In this document: in pieces, positions 26,822 to 35,248 of the stretch | Layout: each line of letters begins with the position of its first letter | Numbering within the stretch: position 1 is the first letter of the stretch | Source: Bacteroidales bacterium | GTDB lineage: Bacteria; Bacteroidota; Bacteroidia; Bacteroidales; UBA3824 | Direction of reading: 5' to 3' | NCBI GenBank assembly: GCA_045597465.1 | Contig: JAZLKG010000057.1 | Location: 21,979-85,978 of the forward strand | Length of the DNA: 64,000 nt | Notes under the pieces: model-generated | Seen by the model: the letters and a program-made list of their open reading frames with translations, nothing else | Told to the model about the DNA's origin: nothing | Database searches by the model: none | Position numbers and translations under genes: made by a program

Positions 26822-26858
26822 AAAAAAAAGCCCGTCGCGAAATCACTTCGCAACGGGC
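26822..26858 (-). terminator. rho-independent terminator of rpsU
   Basis: The minus strand reads GCCCGTTGCGAA-loop-TTCGCGACGGGC followed by T8. Confidence 0.8.
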
Positions 26859-26896
26859 TTTGTAAAATTTCTTAAGAAAGAAAGGTTAAGGGAAAA

Positions 26897-27094
26897 CTAG
26901 TTCTCCTCGGCTGCTCTCTGAAGCTGCTGAACGTAGATCGCTTTCTTGATCTGCTCTCTTCTTCTTACTGAGAACTTTGTGAAGCACTGTCTCTCGCGGA
27001 GCTCTTTCACAACGCCTACCTTCTCGAATTTTCTCTTGAATTTCTTGAGACCTCTTTCAATGTTTTCGCCCTCTTTTACTGGTACTATGATCAT
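26897..27094 (-). CDS. rpsU: 30S ribosomal protein S21
   Basis: MIIVPVKEGENIERGLKKFKRKFEKVGVVKELRERQCFTK..., 65 aa from the ATG at 27094. The 56 extra codons in the tracked ORF are AT-rich upstream DNA. Confidence 0.93.
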   Translation of the reverse strand: MIIVPVKEGENIERGLKKFKRKFEKVGVVKELRERQCFTKFSVRRREQIKKAIYVQQLQRAAEEN

Positions 27095-27263
27095 AATACG
27101 TTGATAATTAATTTTAAATTTAAAATTTAGTTTTGTATATACGTTTATACGGAGTGCAAAATTACAAAATATATCAATGTTACCAAATTTATTTGAAACT
27201 TTTTTTTGAGAAAATTTCTGCGTAAATACATACTGTTTTTCCAACTCATTAATTTTCTGCAAT

Positions 27264-27285
27264 ATTACAAAAAAATGAGCGAATT
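27264..27285. repeat. partial (22-bp) extra copy of the 60-bp repeat core
   Basis: ATTACAAAAAAATGAGCGAATT is identical to the first part of the repeats at 27296 and 28323. Confidence 0.85.
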
Positions 27286-27295
27286 ATCACCATAT

Positions 27296-27355
27296 CATTA
27301 CAAAAAAATGAGCGAATTCCCGCATAGTTTTTACACTTTTATGAGGGAATCCGCT
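27296..27355. repeat. 60-bp direct repeat, left copy, flanking the TA cassette
   Basis: CATTACAAAAAAATGAGCGAATTCCCGCATAGTTTTTACACTTTTATGAGGGAATCCGCT, 59/60 identical to 28323-28382. Confidence 0.95.
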
Positions 27356-27407
27356 TGAAAGAAGGGAAATAATCAACCTAAAAGTTGTATGGCATAAAAA
27401 ATATAAC

Positions 27408-27415
27408 TATATTTG
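27408..27415 (+). promoter_or_regulatory. -7 promoter box for the toxin-antitoxin pair
   Basis: TATATTTG matches TAnnTTTG, 19 nt upstream of the ATG at 27434. Confidence 0.45.
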
Positions 27416-27433
27416 CCTCCAAAATATAGAACT

Positions 27434-27985
27434 ATGACATTTGAGCAAATAACAGAAAATGACAAATTATGGGCAGTTAGATACGACGACTGTCTTGACA
27501 ACGTACTCGATTACATATTCGGGCAATGGAACGACGTATCATGGCTTCGTAATTTTTTCAAAGCGAACATTGGTGATTTGTCCGCATACTTCAAGATTAC
27601 AGACGTGAATCAAGCGATCTACGACACCATCGAAGATAGCGAACAATTACAGTGTCTGATTATGGACATATCGCCAGAGGCGAACCTCGACCTAATTTTC
27701 CGGCCGTTAGAAAATAGCCGCACCTCAGAGATGCTGCTCGGCAAGGAGAAGGCTCGTCTGCGCAACACACCTAAACACGCTTCTTGGCTAAGGATATATG
27801 CCATAAAACTCGAACCAGGCATATATGTTATTACAGGAGGCGCAATAAAGCTAACAAGAACTATGCAAGAGCGTGAGCACACTCTCGTAGAATTGGCAAG
27901 AATGGAAAAGGTTCGCCGTTATATGCTTGAAAATGGCATTATTGACAAAGATTCATTTGACGAATTCTTAACTGAAGTAGAATAA
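27434..27985 (+). CDS. RelE/HigB (Gp49-like) toxin-fold protein with N-terminal extension
   Basis: ATG at 27434 (MTFEQITEND...); the tracked start at 27413 is a TTG. C-terminal SWLRIYAIKLEPGIYVITGGAIKLTRTMQE...ELARMEKVRRYMLE fits the R-[IV]-[FY]...hhh-GG/HG-h-K pattern of Gp49/HigB toxins. Confidence 0.55.
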   Translation: MTFEQITENDKLWAVRYDDCLDNVLDYIFGQWNDVSWLRNFFKANIGDLSAYFKITDVNQAIYDTIEDSEQLQCLIMDISPEANLDLIFRPLENSRTSEMLLGKEKARLRNTPKHASWLRIYAIKLEPGIYVITGGAIKLTRTMQEREHTLVELARMEKVRRYMLENGIIDKDSFDEFLTEVE

Positions 27986-28006
27986 AAACAAAAAAGGAGG
28001 CAGCCT

Positions 28007-28312
28007 ATGAGAACTGCGGAAGAAATTATAACGAAACTGAAGGAACATCAGTCTCCTTCACCTTCAAAGTGGCGTGAAAATGCAGAATGGCGCATACGAA
28101 ACAGAGCATGGCTCCGACATTCGCAACGCATCGCCATGATGATGCTGGACAAGATGGAGGAACTGCAAATATCTCAAAAACAGCTCTCTGAACAGATGGG
28201 CTGTAGCCAACAGTATGTATCGAAAGTGCTGAAAGGACAAGAAAATCTATCCCTTGAGACCATCTCCAAAATAGAGGCCTGCCTAGGCATTCAGGTATTC
28301 CCTGTGGCATAG
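28007..28312 (+). CDS. XRE-family helix-turn-helix protein (putative antitoxin)
   Basis: 101 aa. ISQKQLSEQMGCSQQYVSKVLKGQENLSLETISKIEACLG is a canonical HTH_3 motif. Starts 21 nt after the toxin gene. Confidence 0.75.
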   Translation: MRTAEEIITKLKEHQSPSPSKWRENAEWRIRNRAWLRHSQRIAMMMLDKMEELQISQKQLSEQMGCSQQYVSKVLKGQENLSLETISKIEACLGIQVFPVA

Positions 28313-28322
28313 CCTAACACTT

Positions 28323-28382
28323 CATTACAAAAAAATGAGCGAATTCCAGCATAGTTTTTACACTTTTATGAGGGAATCCGCT
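28323..28382. repeat. 60-bp direct repeat, right copy
   Basis: CATTACAAAAAAATGAGCGAATTCCAGCATAGTTTTTACACTTTTATGAGGGAATCCGCT. It lies 10 nt from the S46 peptidase stop. Confidence 0.95.
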
Positions 28383-28391
28383 CTTTTTCTC

Positions 28392-30545
28392 TTATTCCAC
28401 AATCTCCATCTCCTCTATCAGCCTCTTGGCGCCGCCGAGCTTATCGATAAGGAAGAGCACGTAGCGGATATCAACCGAGATATTTCGGCAGATATCGGGA
28501 TTGTACTGAATATCGCTCATGGTACCCTCCCAGCAGCGGTCGAAGTTGATGCCGATTAGCTCGCCGTTGGCGTTTATCACGGGGCTGCCGGAATTGCCGC
28601 CCGTGGTGTGGTTGCTGGCTGAGAAGCAGACGTGGATCTTGCCGTCGGATTTGTCGGCATAGCGTCCGTAGTCCTTGTTTTTGAAAAGCTCCTTCAGACC
28701 CTCGGGAACGTGGTAATCGTAAATCTCAGGATTGTCTTTCTCGATAACGCCCTCCAGAGTGGTGTAATGCTTGTAGATAACGCCGTCGCGTGGCTCAAAA
28801 CCGTCCACCTTGCCGTATGTGAAGCGCAGGGTAAGGTTGGCATCAGGAAACTGAATCTTCTCGGGGAAAAGCTCCAGGAGAGCCTTCTGATACAGATAAT
28901 CCAACTCGTCGGTATCATACAGAAGGGCAAGCAAATAAAAGCACTTGTCGAAATACATCTGCATGAAATTGCGGTAGAGGAAATATCCGGCATCAGCCTC
29001 TAAGGTCTTATTGAGAGCGGCAATGGCCTCCGCACGTTTCTTGCCCTTGAGCGCCGAGGCCTTGCGGTACTGCGATATCAGAGAGCTGATGCGCGCACTA
29101 TCGGCCATCTGCGAATTCTCATAATAGAAATCCACAAAACCGGCAGCATCCTTTATGCCGTTAGGGACATAAAAACCCTGCCATGCGTAAGGCATATAGT
29201 CAGGACACGAATCACAGTAAATCTGATACATACGACTGAAAACCTTGCGCTCGCAAATGCTGTCGCGACCGCTAAGGATACCACCAACCTTCTTCTCCAC
29301 AGAATTCAAAAGACTGTCGACCGACTCGCCTGGAGTAGTGGAAAGATCCCTGAACTGAGCCAATGCCTGACCAATCCTGAACTGCATGGTGGTATAAATT
29401 CCCTCCAGGAAAAATGTGGACACGCGCAACACCTCGGATTTCTCCTGATTATATATTATACTGTATCTATCGAAAATTTTGCCGTACTTTTCCATCAGCT
29501 CGGGAGTATTGAGCCTCTGCATGAATTCCTTCTCGAAATCTAACTTCTGATTCACCACATCGAAGCGTTTGAGACCAATTATTGCGCCCTGAAGCTTCTT
29601 CTTGTAGTTCTCAACCGACGCGTTTCTCGAAGTATAGTTGATGCGCACCTGAGGATCGCGGTTCATGGCCTCCTCGTAGATATCCATTATGTTCTGACGC
29701 ACAAATACGGTCTGTGGATACTCATAATTCAGTTTCGTGGATACCGCGCAGGCAGGAAGATATTCCTCTGTGGTGCCGGGGAAGCCAAAAACCATTGTGA
29801 AATCGCCCTCTTCCACGCCCTTCATGCTTATCTTGAAATGGCTCTTTGGAGTGTATGGCTTGTTGTCGGGCGAATATTGCGCGGGCTTGTTGTCCTTATC
29901 GGCGTAGATGCGGAACACCGAGAAATCGCCGCTGTGACGGGGCCACATCCAGTTGTCGGTATCAGCTCCAAAATTGCCTATGGCAGATGGAGGCGCCGCC
30001 ACCAACCTCACGTCCTCAAAATGCTTATATACAAACACATAATACACATTTCCACCATAGAATTTCTCGATCGAGAGCTTGTAGCCGTCGCCATATCGGT
30101 TCTTATAATTGTCTGCCAAGTATATTTTGCGCTCTTCATCGCCCTTTATTTTCTCAGGCACCTGCTCCATAAGTTCCAAAATATCCACTGACAGACCCGG
30201 ACAAGGAAGCTCCTCCTCCATGCTCTTCGACCAATAGCCATTTGTCAGGTAATCGTGGTCGAGAGTGCTGTGCTTCTGTATCTGACTTCTTCCGCAATGG
30301 TGGTTGGTGAGTATCAGGCCCTTGTCGCTGACAATCTCGGCCGTGCATCCGCCGCCGAAGAGCATCACGGCGTCCTTCATGCAGGCCTTGTTTACATTGT
30401 ATATGTCATCTGCTGAGAGCTTGAAACCCTTTTTCTGCATATCCTTGATGCGTCCCTCCGCCAGCGCGGGCAGCCACATTCCGCCTTGCGCAAATGTCAT
30501 AACGGCGCATAGGAGCATCGATATTGATAATATTATTCTTTTCAT
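28392..30545 (-). CDS. S46-family dipeptidyl-peptidase (DPP7/DPP11-like), paralogue 1
   Basis: Start MKRIILSISMLLCAVMTFAQGGMWLP at 30545. TNHHCG (His) and TTGGNSGSPVINANGELIGINFD (Ser) motifs. Confidence 0.9.
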   Translation of the reverse strand: MKRIILSISMLLCAVMTFAQGGMWLPALAEGRIKDMQKKGFKLSADDIYNVNKACMKDAVMLFGGGCTAEIVSDKGLILTNHHCGRSQIQKHSTLDHDYLTNGYWSKSMEEELPCPGLSVDILELMEQVPEKIKGDEERKIYLADNYKNRYGDGYKLSIEKFYGGNVYYVFVYKHFEDVRLVAAPPSAIGNFGADTDNWMWPRHSGDFSVFRIYADKDNKPAQYSPDNKPYTPKSHFKISMKGVEEGDFTMVFGFPGTTEEYLPACAVSTKLNYEYPQTVFVRQNIMDIYEEAMNRDPQVRINYTSRNASVENYKKKLQGAIIGLKRFDVVNQKLDFEKEFMQRLNTPELMEKYGKIFDRYSIIYNQEKSEVLRVSTFFLEGIYTTMQFRIGQALAQFRDLSTTPGESVDSLLNSVEKKVGGILSGRDSICERKVFSRMYQIYCDSCPDYMPYAWQGFYVPNGIKDAAGFVDFYYENSQMADSARISSLISQYRKASALKGKKRAEAIAALNKTLEADAGYFLYRNFMQMYFDKCFYLLALLYDTDELDYLYQKALLELFPEKIQFPDANLTLRFTYGKVDGFEPRDGVIYKHYTTLEGVIEKDNPEIYDYHVPEGLKELFKNKDYGRYADKSDGKIHVCFSASNHTTGGNSGSPVINANGELIGINFDRCWEGTMSDIQYNPDICRNISVDIRYVLFLIDKLGGAKRLIEEMEIVE

Positions 30546-30565
30546 TTTTATTGGTGATTTGGATA

Positions 30566-30650
30566 GAACACAGATAACGCGGATCAAGCGGATTTTCGCA
30601 GATTATTTTTCCATCCGCGTATATCCGCTCAATCCGCGTAATCCGCGTTC
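30566..30650. repeat. hairpin built from 9-bp phased repeats (ACGCGGAT/AGCGGAT units)
   Basis: GAACACAGATAACGCGGATCAAGCGGAT (30566-30593) pairs with ATCCGCTCAATCCGCGTAATCCGCGTTC (30623-30650), 23/28 complementary. It lies between the hisIE stop and the S46 start. Confidence 0.8.
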
Positions 30651-30668
30651 TGATATTATTATAAAATA

Positions 30669-31262
30669 TTATTCTGAATGGCGACCCTTGAGAACGGCGA
30701 TTACATCCTCTATCTTCTTGCCACGGCTGCTGAGGAGCACTACCACGTGGTAAAGCAAATCGGCGGCCTCGTTGAGGAAGAGTGAGTCGTTCTGGTCCTT
30801 GCTCTCGATGATGAGCTCCACAGCCTCCTCGCCTACTTTCTTGGCAATCTTGTTGACTCCCTCACGGAAGAGTTTTGTGGTGTAACTTCCGGCTGGACGG
30901 TCGGCGTTTCTCTTGTCGATGAATTTCTGGAGATATGAGAGGAATCCGATATTGCTCTCCTCGAAATCGAAGCACGAAGTGGTGCCCTTGTGACATGTAG
31001 GGCCGTCGGCCTTGGCCTTGATGAGGATTGTGTCGTTGTCGCAATCCACATACATCTGCTGAACGTGGAGGAAGTTGCCCGAGGTCTCGCCCTTGGTCCA
31101 GAGGCAGTTGCGGCTGCGGCTCCAGAATGTTACCTTGCCGGTCTCCTGTGTCTTCTTGTAAGACTCCTCGTTCATATATCCGAGCATGAGCACCTGAAGG
31201 CTCTCATGATCCTGTACGATGGCGGGAATAAGTCCGCCCATTTTTTCGAAATCTAACTGCAT
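30669..31262 (-). CDS. hisI: bifunctional phosphoribosyl-AMP cyclohydrolase / phosphoribosyl-ATP pyrophosphatase
   Basis: 197 aa. The N-terminal HisI block (GLIPAIVQD...[16 protein letters not shown]) is fused to a C-terminal HisE block ([16 protein letters not shown]). Confidence 0.92.
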   Translation of the reverse strand: MQLDFEKMGGLIPAIVQDHESLQVLMLGYMNEESYKKTQETGKVTFWSRSRNCLWTKGETSGNFLHVQQMYVDCDNDTILIKAKADGPTCHKGTTSCFDFEESNIGFLSYLQKFIDKRNADRPAGSYTTKLFREGVNKIAKKVGEEAVELIIESKDQNDSLFLNEAADLLYHVVVLLSSRGKKIEDVIAVLKGRHSE

Positions 31263-31335
31263 TTTTGTATATACATTAAATAGTTTTTATACATAAATTA
31301 TTTTTTGGTGGACGCCAGCTACGCTGGCTTTTTTC

Positions 31336-31578
31336 TTATCCGAAAATGGAAAGAATTATACAGAATTAAAAGAATTCACATTAATGTTTTGGGGGCGCCG
31401 AGGCGCCTGGGTTTTCAAACACGAATTATCATAAATTATCACGAATTACCAAAAATTTTTTCATTTAAATATTTATGATAATTCGTGGCCATTCGTGGTA
31501 ATTCGTGTTCAAAAAAAATTCTTTCGTGTCCGAAAAAAATTCTTTTAATTCTTTTTCCTTCTTTTAATTTTCGGATAA
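31336..31578. repeat. 243-bp nested palindromic (MITE-like) element between hisF and hisIE
   Basis: The outer arms pair: TTATCCGAAAAT (31336-31347) with ATTTTCGGATAA (31567-31578). A second tier pairs AGAATTAAAAGAATT (31362-31376) with AATTCTTTTAATTCT (31538-31552). The inner CACGAATTA-unit hairpin spans 31418-31510. A GC hairpin lies at 31394-31407. Confidence 0.8.
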
Positions 31579-31614
31579 AAACCCGAGCAACCGTCAGGTT
31601 GCGACCATTCCCGG

Positions 31615-32370
31615 CTACCTGCGAACGTTGATGCCCTCGCCACGGAGGTAGGTCTTGAGCTCGGGGATGGCGATTTTGCCGAAGTGGAAGATGCTGGCTG
31701 CGAGGGCCGCATCAGCTTTTCCCTTCTCGAAAACGTCCTTGAAGTGCTCCATCTCGCCGGCGCCGCCTGATGCGATTACGGGGATTGAGAGCATCTCGCT
31801 CAATCGGCACAAGGCCTCGTTTGCGAAACCTGTCTGATGGCCGTCGTGGTCCATCGAGGTGAAGAGTATCTCGCCCGCGCCACGGTCCTCCATCTGTTTG
31901 GCCCAGCTGAAGAGTTCCAAGTCAGTAGGACGCTTGCCACCGTGAGTGTGTACTATCCACTGGTTTTCGATGGTCTTGGCGTCGATGGCGACTACCACAA
32001 ACTGCTTTCCGAATTTTCTTGCAAGGTCGCTCACAAGCTGAGGATTGCGGACTGCCGCAGAGTTTACGGAAACCTTGTCGGCACCGTGGATTAGCAGGTT
32101 TTCTGCATCCTCCACGCTGGTGATTCCTCCGCCTATGGTGAATGGGATGGAGAGATTCTTGGCCACTGACTCCACAAGCGAGTAAATCTGCTTGCGGCCC
32201 TCGTTGGTGGCGGTAATGTCGAGATAAACCAACTCGTCAACGCCCTGCTCCGAGTAAGCCTTACCAAGCTCCACGGGATCGCCGGCGTAGCGGAGGTTCT
32301 CGAAACTAACGCCTTTTACTGTCTGACCGTCCTTGACGTCGAGACACGCTATAATTCTTTTTGCGAGCAT
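31615..32370 (-). CDS. hisF: imidazole glycerol phosphate synthase cyclase subunit
   Basis: 251 aa. [15 protein letters not shown]...[10 protein letters not shown]...GGGI typical of HisF. Confidence 0.95.
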   Translation of the reverse strand: MLAKRIIACLDVKDGQTVKGVSFENLRYAGDPVELGKAYSEQGVDELVYLDITATNEGRKQIYSLVESVAKNLSIPFTIGGGITSVEDAENLLIHGADKVSVNSAAVRNPQLVSDLARKFGKQFVVVAIDAKTIENQWIVHTHGGKRPTDLELFSWAKQMEDRGAGEILFTSMDHDGHQTGFANEALCRLSEMLSIPVIASGGAGEMEHFKDVFEKGKADAALAASIFHFGKIAIPELKTYLRGEGINVRR

Positions 32371-32372
32371 GA

Positions 32373-33095
32373 TTATTCAGAAGTTAGGGTTGCTAATTGC
32401 TGTAGTGTAACACGCTTCTCGTAGATGGCCTTGCCAACGATGCACGAGTGAATGTTGGTGGCTGCCAACTTCTCAAGATCGTCCATTCCTGATACACCGC
32501 CGCTTGCTGTAACCTTCAACGCAGGGTAGCGCTTCTGGAGATCGTTGTAGAGGGCAAAGTCAGGACCCTGAAGCATGCCGTCGCACTTGATGGCAGTAAC
32601 GCAGGCGCGTGTGAGACCCGCCTCCATAAACTGCTCTATCAGCTGATAGATAGTCACGTTTGCATCGTCCTGCCAGCCGTGGATGCGTACCATATCGCCC
32701 ATCACATCAGCTGAAAGTATTATCTTGTCGCTGCCGTATTTCTGAAGGCAGCTAACCATCAGCTCAGGATTCTTTACGGCCGCGCTGCCGAGGTTTACGG
32801 CGTATGCTCCGAGGGAGAAAAGCATCTCCACATCGCCCAAAGTCTTGATGCCGCCGCCGCAGTCTATCTTCAGTGAAGTCTGCTGTGCCACGTCGTTGAG
32901 AACAGCTGTGTTCACGAGCTTGCCCTGCTTGGCACCGTCGAGATCCACGAGGTGAAGGTGTGTGAGGCCGGCCTCCTGATACTCCTCGGCCACCTTGGCG
33001 GGATCGAGGTCATATTTCTTTACATTCTCGTACTTGCCCTGCTCGAGCCTTACGCAATGTCCGCCTATAATATCAATTGCTGGAACTATTATCAT
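32373..33095 (-). CDS. hisA: 1-(5-phosphoribosyl)-5-[(5-phosphoribosylamino)methylideneamino]imidazole-4-carboxamide isomerase
   Basis: 240 aa. [20 protein letters not shown]...HLVDLDGA typical of HisA. Its start codon overlaps the hisH stop (ATGA overlap). Confidence 0.93.
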   Translation of the reverse strand: MIIVPAIDIIGGHCVRLEQGKYENVKKYDLDPAKVAEEYQEAGLTHLHLVDLDGAKQGKLVNTAVLNDVAQQTSLKIDCGGGIKTLGDVEMLFSLGAYAVNLGSAAVKNPELMVSCLQKYGSDKIILSADVMGDMVRIHGWQDDANVTIYQLIEQFMEAGLTRACVTAIKCDGMLQGPDFALYNDLQKRYPALKVTASGGVSGMDDLEKLAATNIHSCIVGKAIYEKRVTLQQLATLTSE

Positions 33096-33679
33096 AATTT
33101 GATGAAATTTTCAAGGATTTGCTGGCCTACGTTTCCACTCTTCTCGGGATGGAACTGACAGCCGTAGAAATTGTCTTTTGCAATGCTGGCCGAAAACTGC
33201 ACCGAGTAGTCGCACTTGGCCGCTGTGTGCTCGAATACCGGAACCATGTAGCTGTGGACAAAATACATGAAACTCCTCTCGGCAATGCCGCTATAGAGCG
33301 GAGTCTTCAACCCGTAAATGTCGTTCCAGCCCATGTGCGGAATCTTCTCGCCATTGGGAGCAACAAACTTTACAACGTCCACATCAAAGATGCCGAGGCC
33401 CTTGGTATCCTCCTCCTGGCTGTGACGGCACATCAGCTGCATGCCGAGGCAGATTCCGAGAACGGGCTGTCTCAAAGTTGGGATAAAGGTGTCGAGCCCG
33501 GTGGCCTTGAGGGCCTCCATGGCAGCGCCGGCGTTTCCCACTCCGGGGAATATCACCTTGTCGGCGGCGGAGATTATCTCCTTGTCCTTGGTGAGGATGG
33601 TCTCGCAGCCAAGACGCTGAAGAGCAGCCTCCACCGACTTGATATTGCCGGCCTTATAGTCTATAATCGCGATTTTCAC
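33092..33679 (-). CDS. hisH: imidazole glycerol phosphate synthase glutamine amidotransferase subunit
   Basis: (V)KIAIIDYKAGNIKSV..., GICLGMQL (Cys nucleophile) and FVHSY. A GTG start at 33679 is preferred; the tracked ORF begins at a TTG at 33721. Confidence 0.9.
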   Translation of the reverse strand: MKIAIIDYKAGNIKSVEAALQRLGCETILTKDKEIISAADKVIFPGVGNAGAAMEALKATGLDTFIPTLRQPVLGICLGMQLMCRHSQEEDTKGLGIFDVDVVKFVAPNGEKIPHMGWNDIYGLKTPLYSGIAERSFMYFVHSYMVPVFEHTAAKCDYSVQFSASIAKDNFYGCQFHPEKSGNVGQQILENFIKL

Positions 33680-33785
33680 TTTTTTAATATTTTTTGCAAA
33701 GATAAGAAACTCAATCAACAATTAAAAATTAAAAATTAACGGATTTGCAAAAAATAAGCAAAACTACAGCCCCCGGAGAGGACAA

Positions 33786-33853
33786 GCGCAAGCCTGAGTT
33801 AACCCATAGTACACGCACCGCCCCGTGGTGTGGGCACTATGAGAGAGCTGCGC
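33786..33853 (-). terminator. GC-rich compound stem-loop downstream of the caspase gene
   Basis: The outer stem pairs GCGCAAGC with GCTGCGC. The inner stem pairs CATAGTACACGCACC with GGTGTGGGCACTATG (12/15). On the minus strand it is followed by T-rich sequence. Confidence 0.35.
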
Positions 33854-33879
33854 AATCCAGAGTCCCTGTTATATCATCA

Positions 33880-35148
33880 TCACCTATTGAAATAGAACAT
33901 CCCTCTCAGCGACGCCGATATCCATGGATTCTGATGGCCGCGTGTTGATGCATTCACATCCTCGCTGATATTCTGGAAACACTCGTAGATAGAGATTCCG
34001 GGAGTGGCGATATGCTGCAATATTGCAGTAGTGTATGGGCTGTTGCGGTTTTTACCGTCAAGGGCAATATCGCCGGGACCAGTGGCGAAGGCCAGGAAAG
34101 TGCCCGCCGGCGAGTTCATGGAGGCCAGTCCGCGGCTGAGGCTGCGCGCAAAAGGATTGTTGCGGCAGGCGTCAAGAACCACAATCTTGAGACCCACATT
34201 TGCCTCCTCCAGCATATCGAGCATCAGCGAAGCGTTCATACACTTGTATTTCACCTCGGTCTCGCTGGATATCAAGGCATCCACCGGCACCAGGTAATTC
34301 TCGCCCTGCACCTGCACACCGTGTCCGGCATAGAAAAACATGGCCACATCGTAGTTTGCAACCCGGCGGCAGAAATTCATCACGGCATCCTCCATACCCT
34401 TCTGCGAAACGTCGGTCTCCAGCATCACATCAAAACCAAGCGACTCCAGCCGGGCCGCCATATCGGCAGCATCGTTCTTAGGATTGCGCAGCGCACCCAT
34501 CCTGTAGGCCGAATTGCCCACCACCAGCGCGGCGCGTTTCATCACATGAGGGGCTGATGCCTTCACATCCCGCGCCATATCCGCAAGGGTGTCTCCCTTG
34601 GAGGCTGATACTGCGTAAACTACGGGACGCTCTATCACGCAGTCGAGCTTATGGCGTGAGTTTTCGCGGAACACCCGCACCACATTCACACCCTCCCTCA
34701 ACGGTATAGTCTTGGAATACAGCTTCATATCGTCGCATGTGAGCGGTATCGAGTCGCCATTGTTCACAGTTGCCACCACGCGCTGATACGGATACATATA
34801 CTGATTGCCCTGAAGCTCCAGATCATACACAGGCTCGGCAACCACGTTTTCACTATTGAGCCAAGCAAGATACACCCCGCTGTCATCGTCGGCATCGCCG
34901 GTGCGCACACCCAGCCTTATAAGGTGCAGCGCAGCCTCCCGCTCCCCCACCGACGCCCTGTGGAGCCAGTATAGCGCAGAATCCAAGTTTACCCCGGTGC
35001 CCGATCCATAAAGATTCATCTCGCCCAGGGTGAGCTGCGCCCCAGTATTTCCCTGAATGGCAAGGGACCTCAGCTCGACCACATCCTGGGCGCAGATCCC
35101 CAGAATAAATACAAAATTCGACAATAATGCCAGAACAAGTTTCTTCAT
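33880..35148 (-). CDS. secreted caspase-family (C14) peptidase with N-terminal Sel1-like repeats
   Basis: Start MKKLVLALLSNFVFILGICAQ at 35148. Sel1-like GNTGAQLTLGEMNLYGSGTGVNLDSALYWLHRA. Caspase dyad contexts FFYAGHG and VVLDACRNNPF. Confidence 0.85.
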   Translation of the reverse strand: MKKLVLALLSNFVFILGICAQDVVELRSLAIQGNTGAQLTLGEMNLYGSGTGVNLDSALYWLHRASVGEREAALHLIRLGVRTGDADDDSGVYLAWLNSENVVAEPVYDLELQGNQYMYPYQRVVATVNNGDSIPLTCDDMKLYSKTIPLREGVNVVRVFRENSRHKLDCVIERPVVYAVSASKGDTLADMARDVKASAPHVMKRAALVVGNSAYRMGALRNPKNDAADMAARLESLGFDVMLETDVSQKGMEDAVMNFCRRVANYDVAMFFYAGHGVQVQGENYLVPVDALISSETEVKYKCMNASLMLDMLEEANVGLKIVVLDACRNNPFARSLSRGLASMNSPAGTFLAFATGPGDIALDGKNRNSPYTTAILQHIATPGISIYECFQNISEDVNASTRGHQNPWISASLRGMFYFNR

Positions 35149-35248
35149 ATCAGTTGCTGTTAATATTTTGCAAAATTCCCCATTTTCCGTCAATCTGCCA
35201 AAAAAAATTTGTAATTTTGCATCACTAACCCCAAAAAACATTCAGATA

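Noticed and set aside
26897-27262. 121-aa version of the rpsU ORF
   Set aside because: The S21 sequence starts at the internal ATG (27094). The upstream 56 codons are AT-rich promoter DNA.
28335-28559. 74-aa ORF starting inside the 60-bp repeat (MSEFQHSFYTFMRES...), with a 16-codon equivalent in the left copy
   Set aside because: The long version exists only because it reads antisense into the S46 peptidase 3' end. The left copy terminates after 16 codons. The repeat is better explained as non-coding.
33119-33739. 206-aa plus-strand ORF
   Set aside because: It lies antisense to hisH, which has the GATase Cys-His motifs and is translationally coupled to hisA.
33786-33895. Possible histidine-operon leader or riboswitch upstream of hisH, including a CAT CAT CAC (His-His-His) run at 33874-33882
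   Set aside because: The His codons are on the plus strand, opposite to the his genes, and overlap the caspase stop region. The GC-rich stem-loop followed by T-runs on the minus strand is more simply the terminator of the caspase gene.
35057-35248. N-terminal extensions of several tracked ORFs: LRR protein 35057, serpin 35966, caspase to 35241, rpoC to 44762, M1 to 59860, HAD to 63046, S46 to 30587
   Set aside because: In each case an internal ATG gives a canonical signal peptide or family N-terminus. The extension crosses intergenic repeats or promoter DNA.
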